Assembly (NCBI GenBank): GCA_963805625.1
Contig: CAWDVE010000010.1
Coordinates: 800,001-864,000 of the forward strand
DNA length: 64,000 nucleotides
Source: an uncultured Candidatus Rokubacteria bacterium
Lineage (GTDB): Bacteria > Methylomirabilota > Methylomirabilia > Rokubacteriales > DASRDR01
Reading direction: 5' to 3'
Of this stretch, positions 9,433 through 19,813 are shown piece by piece. The notes under the pieces are model-generated. The model saw only the letters and a list, made by a program, of their open reading frames with translations, had not been told where the DNA came from and did no database searches. The first letter of the stretch is position 1. Every line of letters begins with the position of its first letter. Made by a program: the position numbers and the translations under genes.

Positions 9433-10208
9433 TCCTCGAGGCCCGCGATGTGCGCCAGTTCTACGGCGACTTCTGCGCGCTGGACGGGGTGAGTCTCGCC
9501 GTCGAGCCCGGGCAAGTCGTCGCGATCATCGGGCCGAACGGCGCCGGAAAGTCGACCCTGATCAACGTGCTGACCGGGCTCCTCCACCCGACTGCGGGGG
9601 TGGTGCGCTTCAAGGGGCGCGACATCCGGGGAATCGGCCCGGTCCGGCTCGCGCGGCTCGGCCTGGCTCGGAGCTTCCAGCTGGTCCAGATCTTCCCGAA
9701 CCTGACCGTCCGCGAGACCCTCCAGGCGGCCGTCGTCTCGCGGCTCGGGCGCGGGCAGCGATTCCTCGCCTCCCTCGCGACGGATCGCGAGGTCGCCCGC
9801 GACGCCGAGCACGTCGCCGAGCTCTTCGGGCTGGCCGGGCGCCTTGCTGCGCCGGCCCGCACGCTACCGCAGGGGGACAAGAAGCTCCTGGACGTTGCGT
9901 CCGCGTTTGCCCTCCGCCCGGAAGCGATTCTGCTCGATGAGCCGACGAGCGGAGTGTCGACCCGCGACAAGACAGCGGTGATGGAGATGCTCGTCCAGGC
10001 CTCTCGTGGCATCGGGGTCCGAACGATCCTGCTGGTCGAGCACGACATGGACATCGTATTCGGCTACTCCGATCGGATCATCGCTCTCCAGCAGGGCCGG
10101 ATCCTGGCCGATACCACGCCGGAGGGGGTCCGGCGAGACGAGGCGCTGGTGGCGGCGGTGGTCGGCCGGCTCCCTGCCGTCGGCGCTCTCGGGGGATCTG
10201 GACTCTGA
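9429..10208 (+). CDS. livG: Liv-type ABC ATPase (LivG-like)
   Basis: GPNGAGKST, ARSFQ, LLDEPT, VEHDMD. Confidence 0.9.
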   Translation: MILEARDVRQFYGDFCALDGVSLAVEPGQVVAIIGPNGAGKSTLINVLTGLLHPTAGVVRFKGRDIRGIGPVRLARLGLARSFQLVQIFPNLTVRETLQAAVVSRLGRGQRFLASLATDREVARDAEHVAELFGLAGRLAAPARTLPQGDKKLLDVASAFALRPEAILLDEPTSGVSTRDKTAVMEMLVQASRGIGVRTILLVEHDMDIVFGYSDRIIALQQGRILADTTPEGVRRDEALVAAVVGRLPAVGALGGSGL

Positions 10209-10921
10209 TGCTGCGACTCCACGGTGTCGATGTCTTCATCCAGTCGAGCCACATCCTGCGGGAGGTGTCGCTCGAGGTGCCCCCGGGAGCGCTGGTCTGC
10301 CTGGTCGGCCGGAACGGCGCAGGGAAGACAACGACGCTCCGCACGGTCATGGGCTACCTCCAGCCCGTGAGGGGCCGGATCGAGCTGGACGGGGCTCCGA
10401 TCGGCGCCTTGCCCACGTACGAGATCGCTCGCCGCGGGGTGGGGTACGCACCCGAGGAAGGCGGGATCTTTGGCGATCTCACCGTCGCCGAGAACATCGA
10501 GATCGCCACCTGGACTCGGCCCGGAGGCCGCCCCGCCGCAGAGCGGATGGCTCTTGCCTACGACGTGTTCCCGCGTTTGCGCGCCTACGCCGCGCGCGGC
10601 GGGACTCACCTGTCCGGGGGCGAGCGCAAAATGCTCGCGATCGCCCGGGCCCTGGCCCTCGACCCTCGGCTCTTGCTACTCGATGAGCCTTTCGAGGGTC
10701 TCTCGCCAGCAATCCTCCCTCAGGTGGGCCAAAGCATCGCCGCCATCGCCAGCCAAGGCCGTGCGATCCTCCTGGCCGAGTCGAACATCCACCACGTCCC
10801 GCCCGAGACGAGCTGCCTGTACGTTATCGAGCGCGGTGAGATCATCTACGGGGGCCCACCGGACGGCGCACGGGGGGACCCGGCGGTCCTGCGCGTGATC
10901 GGCGGAGCGGCCACCCCCTGA
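10208..10921 (+). CDS. livF: Liv-type ABC ATPase (LivF-like)
   Basis: GRNGAGKTT, LSGGE, LLLDEPFEGL. Confidence 0.9.
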   Translation: MLRLHGVDVFIQSSHILREVSLEVPPGALVCLVGRNGAGKTTTLRTVMGYLQPVRGRIELDGAPIGALPTYEIARRGVGYAPEEGGIFGDLTVAENIEIATWTRPGGRPAAERMALAYDVFPRLRAYAARGGTHLSGGERKMLAIARALALDPRLLLLDEPFEGLSPAILPQVGQSIAAIASQGRAILLAESNIHHVPPETSCLYVIERGEIIYGGPPDGARGDPAVLRVIGGAATP

Positions 10922-10979
10922 TCCGTGGCGACATCCCACTCTTCCGCCGGTAACCGTGATTTTGAAGCGATGCGGCCGC

Positions 10980-11008
10980 TTGACCGCCCCGCGGAGTCCG
11001 CCTAGACT
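10980..11008 (+). promoter_or_regulatory. Putative sigma70 promoter for the first Dpp/Opp operon
   Basis: TTGACC-N17-TAGACT; SD GGAGG before ATG 11084. Confidence 0.55.
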
Positions 11009-11083
11009 GCTGTCCCGGGCTTTGCCAGCACCCTCACAGGCTCAACCGAGACAGCAGCGACCGCTTCGAACGGAGGATCCGAC

Positions 11084-13038
11084 ATGAACCTCGATGGCAG
11101 GAGACCGGCGCTCACCGCCCTCGCCTTCTTCCTCGCCCTCACGGTGTGGGCGAGCCTGGCGGGGCCCGCGGCCGCCCAGTCCACCAAGTTCAAGGAGGCG
11201 CCGATCCTGGCCGAGCAGGTGAAGGTCGGCAAGCTGCCGCCGGTGGAACAGCGTCTGCCCTCCGACCCGCTGGTCGTCCCGGTCGTCGAGCGGACCGGTC
11301 AGTACGGCGGTGTGTGGCGCCGCGCGTTCCTCGGTCCCGCCGACTTCAACAACTACGTGCGAGTCGTCTACGACGCGCTGGCGCGCTTCTCGCCGGACGG
11401 CGCCAAGATCGAGCCGAAGATCGCGGCTGGCTGGCAGTCGTCGCCGGACTTCAAGACCTGGACTATCCGGCTCCGCAAGGGCGCCCGCTGGTCTGACGGC
11501 GCGCCCTTCACGGCGGACGACATCGTGTTCTGGTACAAGGACGTCGTCCTCAACAAGGATCTGACGCCGGCCCTTCCCGGGTGGATGCGGAACAGCGACG
11601 GGACACCGGCCGTCGGTCGAGAAGGTCGACGCCCAGACGGTCCGCTTCACGTACAAGCAGGCGGCCACGCTCTTCCTGACGGCGCTCGCCAACCAGGACG
11701 GCGGCGACCGCACCTACGCGGTCTTCCTGCCGGCCCACTACCTGAAGAAGTTCCATCCCGTCCTACGCCAAGAGGGAAGACATCGACAAGGCGGTCCAGG
11801 CGGCGGGCTTCAAGACCTGGACCGAGCTGTTCGCCGCGCAAGAACGCGCCGTTCGAGAACCCGGAGCGGCCGACGATGGCGGCCTGGGTGCCGGTGACCC
11901 GGGTGAGCGACCAGGTGTTCACGCTCCGGCGCAATCCGTACTTCGTCGGCGTCGACCCGGACGGCAACCAGCTCCCCTACATCGACGAGGTCCGCTTCAC
12001 CTTCTTCGCCGACATCCAGGCGCTCAACCTGGCCGCGATCGCCGGCGAGTTGGACATGCAGGAGCGCCACATCCAGATGACCAACTACCCGGTCTTCAAG
12101 GAGAACGAGAAGAGCGGGAAGTATCGCGTCATCACCTGGCCGACCTTCGGCGGCGCGGACGCCGTGGTCGCGTTCAACCAGACGTACAAGGCCGACCCGG
12201 AGCTCGGGCAAGCTGCATGGCGACGAAGGACTTCCGAATCGCGCTGTCCCATGCGATCAACCGCGACCAGATCAAGGAGTCGGTGTTCCTCGGCCTCGGC
12301 GAGGCGCGCCAGGGCGTGCCCGCCCCGTGGCATCCGTACTTCCCCGGCGACGAGTGGGCGAAGAAGTACACGCGAGTACAAGCCGGACGAGGCCAACAAG
12401 CTGCTCGACGGCATCGGTCTCACCAAGAAGGACGCCCAGGGCATCCGGCTGCTGCCGAACGGCAAGCCTCTCGATCATCGAGACTCAGCGTCGTGCCGGC
12501 CTTCGCCGCGTGGCCGGACGTCGCCCAGCTGATCGCCAAGGACTGGGAGAAGGTCGGCGTCAAGACCGTCGTCCAGATCCGGGAGCGCGGCGCTCCACTT
12601 CAAGATGCGCGAGGCCAACGAGCTGCAGACCGAGATGTGGAACGAGGACACCAGCGCCTTCCCGTTCACGGGCAACGCCAAGGCGGACGTGCGCAATTCG
12701 CCCGATCCTGACCACCGGGCCGCTGTTCACGCCAGTGGTACGAGACCAAGGGCAAGGAAGGGCATGGAGCCGCCGCGCGCCGATCAAGAAGATCGTCGAG
12801 CTAGTCGACACCGCCCGGACGGTCGGTCCCGACGGGCAGGTCAAGGCGGCCCAGGAGATCTATCCGAATCTGGGCGGACAACGTCTACGAGATCGGGACG
12901 GTCGGGCTGACCCCGATGGTGCAGGGCGTCGTCGTGGTCAACACGCGCCTCCGCAACGTCCCGACCACTCTGGGCAATGACTGGCCGCTCCGGAGCCCCG
13001 GCAACGCTCGCCCGGAGCAGTTCTTCTACACGAGGTAG
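11084..13038 (+). CDS. Family-5 (DppA/OppA-like) substrate-binding protein interrupted by ~14 +1 frameshifts (probable sequencing errors)
   Basis: GKLPPVEQRLP, YGGVWRR, LRKGARWSDGAPFTADD, RNPYF..DPDGNQLPYID, FRIALSHAINR, C-terminal PEQFFYTR*; one continuous protein is rebuilt by removing single extra bases. Confidence 0.85.
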
Positions 13039-13051
13039 CCGTCGGCCGGTC

Positions 13052-13089
13052 GCGCCCGGTCCCACCCGTGATGGGCCGGGACCGGGCGC
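13052..13089 (+). other. 12-bp GC stem-loop between SBP and permease genes
   Basis: GCGCCCGGTCCC...GGGACCGGGCGC perfect inverted repeat; no U-tract. Confidence 0.6.
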
Positions 13090-13192
13090 CGTCTCGGCCG
13101 CTCGTCCTCGACCTCGACTGCGTCCCTTCCCGAGCCGACCCGATCCGAGCCGCCCCGAACGCCGTAGTCTCGAGCACCGAAGCGGATCAACG

Positions 13193-14180
13193 ATGACCCG
13201 CTACGCCCTGCGGCGCCTGGTCCTCCTGCCCCTGCTCCTCTTCGTCTTCTCGGTCGTCGTCTTCGCCATCGTCCAGGCGCCGCCGGGCGACTTCCTGACG
13301 TCGTACATGGCGACCCTCGCCTCCTCCGGGAGCTCGGTCAGCGCGGAGCAATTCGAGGCGCTTGCGCAAGGACTACGGGCTCGACCAGCCCCTCTACGTC
13401 CAGTACTGGAAGTGGATGGCGAACGTCCTCCAGGGCAACCTCGGCCTGTCGCTCGAGTACCAGCGGCCCAACACGGAGCTGATCGGCGAGCGGCTGGTCC
13501 TGACCATCATCCTGGCGCTCTTCTCGTTCGTCTTCACCTGGGTGGTCGCGATCCCGATCGGGATCTACTCGGCGACGCACCAGCGGTCGGTGGTCGACTA
13601 TGTCATCACGGTCCTCAACTACGTCGGCGTCGCCACGCCCAACTTCATGCTCGCGCTGATCCTCATGTGGGTCGCCTTCGCATACCTGGGGATCAGCGTC
13701 ACCGGTCTCTTCTCGCCCGAGTTCGTCGAGGCACCGTGGAGCCTGGCCCGGGTGATGAATCTCCTGGCGCACATCTGGCTGCCGACCGTGGTTCTGGGCG
13801 TGGCGGGCACAGCCCGGCTCACGCGTGTGATGCGGGCCAATCTCCTGGACGAGCTCAACAAGCCCTACGTCGTCACCGCGCGCGCCAAGGGGCTCAGCGA
13901 GTGGCGCCTGGTCCTCCGCTACCCCGTCCGGCTGGCGTTGAACCCACTCGTGAGCACGATCGGCTGGTACCTCCCCGCCCTCTTCTCGGGCAGCCTGATC
14001 GTCGCGACCGTGATGAACATCCCCAACATCGGCCCGCTTCTTCTCCGGGCGCTCATCAATCAGGACATGTACCTCGCGGGCAGCATCCTCCTCATCTACT
14101 GCTTCCTGGCCATCATCGGCACCCTGATCTCCGACGTCCTCCTCGCCTGGCTCGACCCTCGAATCCGCATGGACAGCTGA
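13193..14180 (+). CDS. Dpp/Opp ABC permease (DppB-like), one +1 frameshift near 13363
   Basis: MTRYALRRL...APPGDF, then YGLDQPLYVQY, YVVTARAKGL, LDPRIR. Confidence 0.85.
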
Positions 14181-14186
14181 CTGGAC

Positions 14187-15359
14187 GTGGACGAAGCAAC
14201 CCGGCAGCCGGAGCGTCATGAGGCGCTGATCCCGGATGTCACTGACGTGGCCGCTCCGCCGTCGGCGGCCGAGGAGCGGGTCTCCCTCGCGTCGAACTGG
14301 ACCCTCGTCTGGTGGCGGTTCCGGAAGCATCGTCTCGCCATGACGAGCGCCGTCATCCTGCTCGCGCTCTACGCCGTCGTCCTCTGCCCCGACTTCTTCA
14401 GCACGCAGGATCCCGAGTTTACGGAGGCCCGTCTGGCGTTCATCCCGGTGCAGCGCCCGCGGCTGTTCGAGGGGATGCGGTGGAGCCCCTGGGTTCCGGC
14501 GGTCGTCGGGAAGCGCAATCCGACCACGCTCCGCATGGAGTGGCAGGTCGACCCCACCCAGAACGTCCGCGTCCGCTTCTTCGTCCGGGGCTACCCCTAC
14601 CGCGTGCTCGGCCTGTTCCCGGCGAGCCTTCACCTGCTCGGGGCCGCCGACGGGAGCACGACGGGCCGCGTCCACCTCCTGGGGACCGATCGCCTGGGAC
14701 GCGATCAGTGGTCGCGGCTCATGCACGGGACCCAGACCTCCATGACCATCGGCGTGGTGGCGGTGACGCTGAGCGTCCTGCTGGGGGTGCTGCTCGGCGG
14801 GGTTTCCGGGTACTTCGGCGGGCTGTCCGATCTCGTGATCCAGCGCCTGATCGAGCTGCTCCAGTCGCTCCCGACCATCCCGATCTGGCTGGCGCTGACG
14901 GCTGCGCTGCCCCGTGACTGGACGCCCATCCAGGTGTTCTTTGCGATCACCGTCATCCTGTCCCTGGTGGGGTGGACGACCCTTGGGCGTGAGGTGCGGA
15001 GTCGGTTCCTGGCGCTCCGCGAGGAGGATTTCGTCCTGGCCGCCGAACTGGCCGGGTGTGGCCGCCCGCGCATCATCCTCCGCCACATGGTGCCCACGTT
15101 CCTGAGTCACATCATCGCGACCAGCACGCTGGCCATCCCGGCCATGATCATCAACGAGACCTCGCTCAGCTTCCTCGGGCTCGGGATCCGGCCCCCCGCG
15201 ATCAGCTGGGGGGTGCTCCTGCAGGAGGCGCAGAACATCCAGACACTGGCACTCGCGCCCTGGCTCCTGATTCCGGGCCTCCTGGTCATCCTTTCCGTGC
15301 TCGCGTTCAACCTGGTGGGTGACGGCCTCCGCGATGCCGCAGACCCCTACAGCCACTGA
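14187..15359 (+). CDS. Dpp/Opp ABC permease (DppC-like)
   Basis: LGTDRLGRD, ETSLSFLGLG, SWGVLL, FNLVGDGLRDAADP. Confidence 0.9.
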   Translation: MDEATRQPERHEALIPDVTDVAAPPSAAEERVSLASNWTLVWWRFRKHRLAMTSAVILLALYAVVLCPDFFSTQDPEFTEARLAFIPVQRPRLFEGMRWSPWVPAVVGKRNPTTLRMEWQVDPTQNVRVRFFVRGYPYRVLGLFPASLHLLGAADGSTTGRVHLLGTDRLGRDQWSRLMHGTQTSMTIGVVAVTLSVLLGVLLGGVSGYFGGLSDLVIQRLIELLQSLPTIPIWLALTAALPRDWTPIQVFFAITVILSLVGWTTLGREVRSRFLALREEDFVLAAELAGCGRPRIILRHMVPTFLSHIIATSTLAIPAMIINETSLSFLGLGIRPPAISWGVLLQEAQNIQTLALAPWLLIPGLLVILSVLAFNLVGDGLRDAADPYSH

Positions 15360-15366
15360 TCCCGCC

Positions 15367-16419
15367 GTGACGGGAGCGGCGGTGGACTCCGCCCCCCTCC
15401 TGTCGGTGCGAGACCTCCGCGTGTCCTTCTTCCTGGAGGAGGGCGTGGTCCGCGCGGTCGACGGTCTGAGCTTCGACGTCTACCCCGGCCAGGTGCTCGG
15501 GATCGTGGGCGAGAGCGGCTGCGGCAAGTCGGTCGCGATGAGGGCCGTCCTCCAGCTCGTGGAATCGCCAGGCCGGATCGTGTCGGGCCAGATCCTTTTC
15601 CGGCCTGCGGCCGAGAGCGCCATCGACATCACCCGGCTCGCTCCCCGGGGCGCGGCGATGCGGGCGATCCGGGGTGCCGAGATCGCGCTCATCCCCCAGG
15701 AGCCGATGGCCGCGTTCAGCCCGGTCCACACGGTCGGGGACCAGATCGTCGAGGCGATCCAGCTCCACTGGCGGCAGTGGCGGCCCGATGGACCACCGCT
15801 CAGACGCCCCGAGGCGCGGCAGATCACGGCCGATCTGTTCCGGGACGTGGGGATCTCCATGCCGGCTGAGCGCCTGGACGCCTACTCCTGGCAGCTCTCG
15901 GGCGGCCTCCGCCAGCGGGCGATGATCGCCATGGCGCTGTCCTGCAAGCCCCGGCTCCTCATCGCCGACGAGCCCACGACCGCGATCGACGTCACGACCC
16001 AGGCGCAGGTGCTGAACCTCCTGCGCGAGCTCCAGCGCAAGTACCGGACGGCTGTCATCTTCATCACGCACGATCTCGGGGTCATCGCCCAGATCGCCCG
16101 CGAGGTGGTGGTGATGTACCTGGGCCGGGTCATGGAGCAGGGGCCCGTCGACGCCATCTTCCACCAGGCGAAGCACCCCTACACGCGCGCCCTGCTGCGC
16201 TCCATCCCGGGCCTCCAGGCCACGCCTCGCGTCCCCCTGCCGATCATCACCGGCTCCCTCCCTCACCCGTTCAACCGGCCCCGAGGCTGCCCCTTCCACC
16301 CGCGGTGCTCCGAGGCCATGCCCGGGGTCTGCGACCAGCGCGTACCGGCCCTCCGTCCCGTCGGTGACCAGCAGCTGGCGAGCTGCTTCCTCTACCACGA
16401 CGTGGAGGCAACGTCGTGA
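15367..16419 (+). CDS. Dpp/Opp ABC ATPase (DppD-like)
   Basis: GESGCGKS, LSGG, IADEPTTA, HPYT, GCPFHPRC; start uncertain (15319-15367). Confidence 0.9.
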   Translation: MTGAAVDSAPLLSVRDLRVSFFLEEGVVRAVDGLSFDVYPGQVLGIVGESGCGKSVAMRAVLQLVESPGRIVSGQILFRPAAESAIDITRLAPRGAAMRAIRGAEIALIPQEPMAAFSPVHTVGDQIVEAIQLHWRQWRPDGPPLRRPEARQITADLFRDVGISMPAERLDAYSWQLSGGLRQRAMIAMALSCKPRLLIADEPTTAIDVTTQAQVLNLLRELQRKYRTAVIFITHDLGVIAQIAREVVVMYLGRVMEQGPVDAIFHQAKHPYTRALLRSIPGLQATPRVPLPIITGSLPHPFNRPRGCPFHPRCSEAMPGVCDQRVPALRPVGDQQLASCFLYHDVEATS

Positions 16420-17480
16420 CGCCAGGAGCCGGGACCCAGGCCGCCTCGGCGACCCCGCTGCTGGACGTCAGGCATCTGCGAAAGTTCTTCCCCATCCAGA
16501 AGGGTTTCTCGCGTCGGGTGGTCGCCGAGGTCCGGGCCGTCGACGACGTGAGCTTCGAGGTCCACGAGGGCGAGACGCTCGGGCTCGTCGGCGAGAGCGG
16601 GTGCGGCAAGACGACGACTGCCCGCTGCGTCCTCCGGGCCATGGCGCCGTCGAGCGGACAGATCCTCTTCCGGACGCGCGAGGGGTCCGTCGTGGATCTG
16701 GCCCAGCTGTCCCGGAAGGAGCTGCGCCCGCTCCGGCCCGAGATTCAGATGGTCTTCCAGGATCCGTTCGGGTCCCTCAATCCGAGGATGACCCTGCTCG
16801 ACAACGTCGGCGAGCCGCTGCTCGTCAACGGCCTTCGCGACCGCCGCGCGCGACGGGACCGCGTGGCCGAGCTGCTGCGCCTGGTCGGCATGCGCCCCGA
16901 GTTCATGTACCGCTTCCCCCACGCCTTCAGCGGCGGGCAGCGGCAGCGCATCGGCATCGCCCGGGCCCTGGCGACGGAGCCGCGGCTCGTGGTCGCCGAC
17001 GAGCCGGTCTCCGCGCTCGACGTCTCGGTGCAGGCCCAGGTCCTCAACCTCCTTCTCGAGCTCCAGCAGCGCCTCCACCTCACGTACCTGTTCGTGGCGC
17101 ACGACCTTGGCGTCGTCCGCCATATCTGCGACCGGGTCGCGGTGATGTACGTCGGGCAGCTCGTGGAGATGGCCCCGGCGGCCTCTCTCTTCGCGCGACC
17201 CCGGCATCCATACACGGCCGCGCTCATGAAGGCGGTCCCGGTCCCCGACCCCCGGGTCCCCAGCGGGGACGTGGCGCTCCAGGGTGAGGTGCCGAACCCC
17301 GCCAGCCCGCCTTCCGGGTGCTACTTCCACCCCCGCTGCCCCTTCGCGGTGGAGGTCTGCCGGACCGAGACGCCGGAGCTCCGCCTCGTGGCGTCCGGTC
17401 ACCTCGCTCGATGCCACCGGGCGAACGAGCTCGCGCTCGAGGGCATCGTCCCCGCCGACCCGATGGCCTCGCGAGGGTGA
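16416..17480 (+). CDS. Dpp/Opp ABC ATPase (DppF-like)
   Basis: GESGCGKT, FSGGQRQR, DEPVSALDVS, GCYFHPRC. Confidence 0.9.
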   Translation: MTPGAGTQAASATPLLDVRHLRKFFPIQKGFSRRVVAEVRAVDDVSFEVHEGETLGLVGESGCGKTTTARCVLRAMAPSSGQILFRTREGSVVDLAQLSRKELRPLRPEIQMVFQDPFGSLNPRMTLLDNVGEPLLVNGLRDRRARRDRVAELLRLVGMRPEFMYRFPHAFSGGQRQRIGIARALATEPRLVVADEPVSALDVSVQAQVLNLLLELQQRLHLTYLFVAHDLGVVRHICDRVAVMYVGQLVEMAPAASLFARPRHPYTAALMKAVPVPDPRVPSGDVALQGEVPNPASPPSGCYFHPRCPFAVEVCRTETPELRLVASGHLARCHRANELALEGIVPADPMASRG

Positions 17481-17633
17481 CCGTGCTCACACCGCCTGGC
17501 CTGATCCCCGGGGGCGCCGAGAGGAACCCGCTTGTGTGTGATCCGGCCCGGCGCGATCATCGACGGCGGGCTGGTGGTCACGCCGGCCACGCCGATCCGG
17601 AGCTGACATGAGGAGCGAGAGGAGACCTCGACG

Positions 17634-18671
17634 ATGGCCGCGACGACGCCGCTACCCCTGATCCCCTCCACCGTGGTGGGCTCGCACGGCCGCGCCGGCT
17701 GGTGGCATCTTGGCGTGAAGGCCTGGGAAGCCGGCGAGATGGGTCCCGCCGACCTCGACGAGATGCTGGACGACGCTGCCGACACGGCGATCCGGGACAT
17801 GGAGCGCGCGGGCATCGACGTGATCACCGACGGCGAGGTGCGGCGGCTCGACGGCTACGTCGACTCGTACTACGCGGTCATCAAGGGGATCCGGCCGATC
17901 GCGGTGCGCCGGAAGCTCGGCCCCTGGGGCTACGACCAGCAGACCCGCTACGAGACGGTCGCCCGGATCGAGACACCCGACGGGGGCCTCGGCATCGTCA
18001 AGGAGTTCGAGTACCTGAAGGCCAACACCATGCGGGGGATCAAGGCGACCTGTGCCGGGCCCCTCACATTCGGCTCTCGAATCCACCCGGGCGCGATCTA
18101 CAAGGACGTCGTCCAGGTGGCGGAGCGCTTCGCGGAGGTCATCAACCAGGAGCTCCGGGGGCTGGTCGCCGCCGGGGCCGAGTTCATCCAAATCGACGAG
18201 CCCGCCCGCGGCCACGTGAGCGGCCAGGAGATGGCACGGCTCTTCAATCTGGCGACCGAGGGCGTGCGGGCGCGGCTCGCGTTCCACGTCTGCTTCGGGA
18301 ATCGCTTCGGACGCTCGCGGTTCGACCGCACCTACCGGCCTTACTTCCCGGCGCTCCTCGAGGCGCGGACCGACCAGTTCGTGCTGGAGTTCGCCGGGCG
18401 CGAGATGGCCGAGCTCGACCTCATCGGGCAGTACGCCCGCGAGGGACGCGAGCTCGGGGCCGGCGTGATCGACGTCAAGGGCTTCCATCCCGAGACGCCC
18501 GACGAGGTCGCCGACCGGATCCGCAAGGTCCTCAAGGTCTGGCCGGCCGAGAAGCTCTACGTCAATCCCGACTGCGGCTTCGGCTGGAGCCCCCGCAACA
18601 TGTGCAACGGCAAGATCCGGGCGCTCGGCGCCGGCGCGCGCCTCGTCCGGAAGGAGCTCGGCGCCGGCTGA
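17634..18671 (+). CDS. Cobalamin-independent methionine synthase II (MetE C-terminal-like) family Zn enzyme
   Basis: TVVGS, ITDGEVRR, IQIDEP, Zn ligands FHVC...LEFA...NPDCG. Confidence 0.88.
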   Translation: MAATTPLPLIPSTVVGSHGRAGWWHLGVKAWEAGEMGPADLDEMLDDAADTAIRDMERAGIDVITDGEVRRLDGYVDSYYAVIKGIRPIAVRRKLGPWGYDQQTRYETVARIETPDGGLGIVKEFEYLKANTMRGIKATCAGPLTFGSRIHPGAIYKDVVQVAERFAEVINQELRGLVAAGAEFIQIDEPARGHVSGQEMARLFNLATEGVRARLAFHVCFGNRFGRSRFDRTYRPYFPALLEARTDQFVLEFAGREMAELDLIGQYAREGRELGAGVIDVKGFHPETPDEVADRIRKVLKVWPAEKLYVNPDCGFGWSPRNMCNGKIRALGAGARLVRKELGAG

Positions 18672-18775
18672 GCCCGGCGCCGGTCAGCCCACCCAGGCAC
18701 GGCGCGGTGGGCGACATGCCCGCCGCGGCCTAACTCGGGCGAGTCGCACGGGCGGCGCGCCATCCAGGAGGCCCC

Positions 18776-19807
18776 ATGGCACCTACGGGCACGATGCGCG
18801 CGGTCTTCTACCAGGGCGCGCGGACCTTCACCCCGGGCAAGACCGCGATCCCCACCGCCGGCCCTGGCGAGGCCCTCCTCCGCGTCCTGCGGGTGGGCAT
18901 CTGCGGGACGGATCTCCACATCTTCCAGGGTCACCTCGACAACCGCGTTCCTCACGGCGGGATCATCGGCCACGAGACGTTCGCGGAGGTCGTCGAGGCG
19001 CCTGCCGGCAGCGGCTTCAAGGCGGGCGACCGCGTGGTGGTGGAGCCCGTCCGGTTCTGCGGGACGTGCCGCGCGTGCCGGATCGGCGCCAGCTACATCT
19101 GCTACAACCTCAAGGTCCTGGGCGTCGATCTCCCCGGGGGGATGCAGGAGTACTGGCCGGTGCCGGTCGATCGGCTCATCAAGGTGCCCGACTCCCTGAC
19201 CGACGATCACGCCGCCGTCATCGAGCCCCTGGCCGTCGCGACGCACGACGTGACTCGAGCCGGCGTGAAGACCGGAGACGCGGTCCTGGTGTTCGGCGGC
19301 GGCCCGATCGGCTGCCTGATCGCCCTGGTCTGCCGCCACCGGGGCGCCCGGGTCGCCGTCGTCGAGATCAACCCGTTCCGCGTCGAGATGCTCCGGCGCC
19401 TGGGTCTCGAGGTCGTCGGGCCCGGGGTCGACCCGGTCCGCTTCGCCACCGAATGGACCGACGGCGATGGTGTCGACGTCGCCTTCGAGGTCACCGGCCA
19501 CCCGGCCGCCGTCAAGGCGATCACCGAGGTCGTCCGCGTGTGGGGGACAATCAGCATCGTCGCCATCCACTCGGAGCCCATGCCCGTGAACCTCCACCGG
19601 TTATTCGCGCGCGAGCTCAGTCTCCACGGGAGCCGGCTCTACACACGGGGGGCGTGGGAAGAGGCGATCCGCCTGGGGGCGAGCGGCGCGGTTCCGCTTG
19701 CGCCCCTGGTCAGCCGAATCATCCCGCTCGAGTCTCTTCAAGAGGGGATGGAAACGGCGCTGGGCGGCGGGCCGGTCATGAAGGTGCTCGTCAACGTGAC
19801 GGCCTGA
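18776..19807 (+). CDS. Zinc-dependent alcohol/polyol dehydrogenase (MDR)
   Basis: GICGTDLH, GHE, CGTCRAC..C, GGGPIG. Confidence 0.92.
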   Translation: MAPTGTMRAVFYQGARTFTPGKTAIPTAGPGEALLRVLRVGICGTDLHIFQGHLDNRVPHGGIIGHETFAEVVEAPAGSGFKAGDRVVVEPVRFCGTCRACRIGASYICYNLKVLGVDLPGGMQEYWPVPVDRLIKVPDSLTDDHAAVIEPLAVATHDVTRAGVKTGDAVLVFGGGPIGCLIALVCRHRGARVAVVEINPFRVEMLRRLGLEVVGPGVDPVRFATEWTDGDGVDVAFEVTGHPAAVKAITEVVRVWGTISIVAIHSEPMPVNLHRLFARELSLHGSRLYTRGAWEEAIRLGASGAVPLAPLVSRIIPLESLQEGMETALGGGPVMKVLVNVTA

Positions 19808-19813
19808 CCCCGG

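Noticed and set aside
11084-13038. SBP as a true pseudogene or programmed frameshift
   Set aside because: All lesions are +1 insertions without slippery sites or nonsense changes and the downstream operon is intact; sequencing error is more likely
17481-17633. Possible SDR C-terminal remnant (IIDGGLVVTP) in the spacer
   Set aside because: Too short to support without a search
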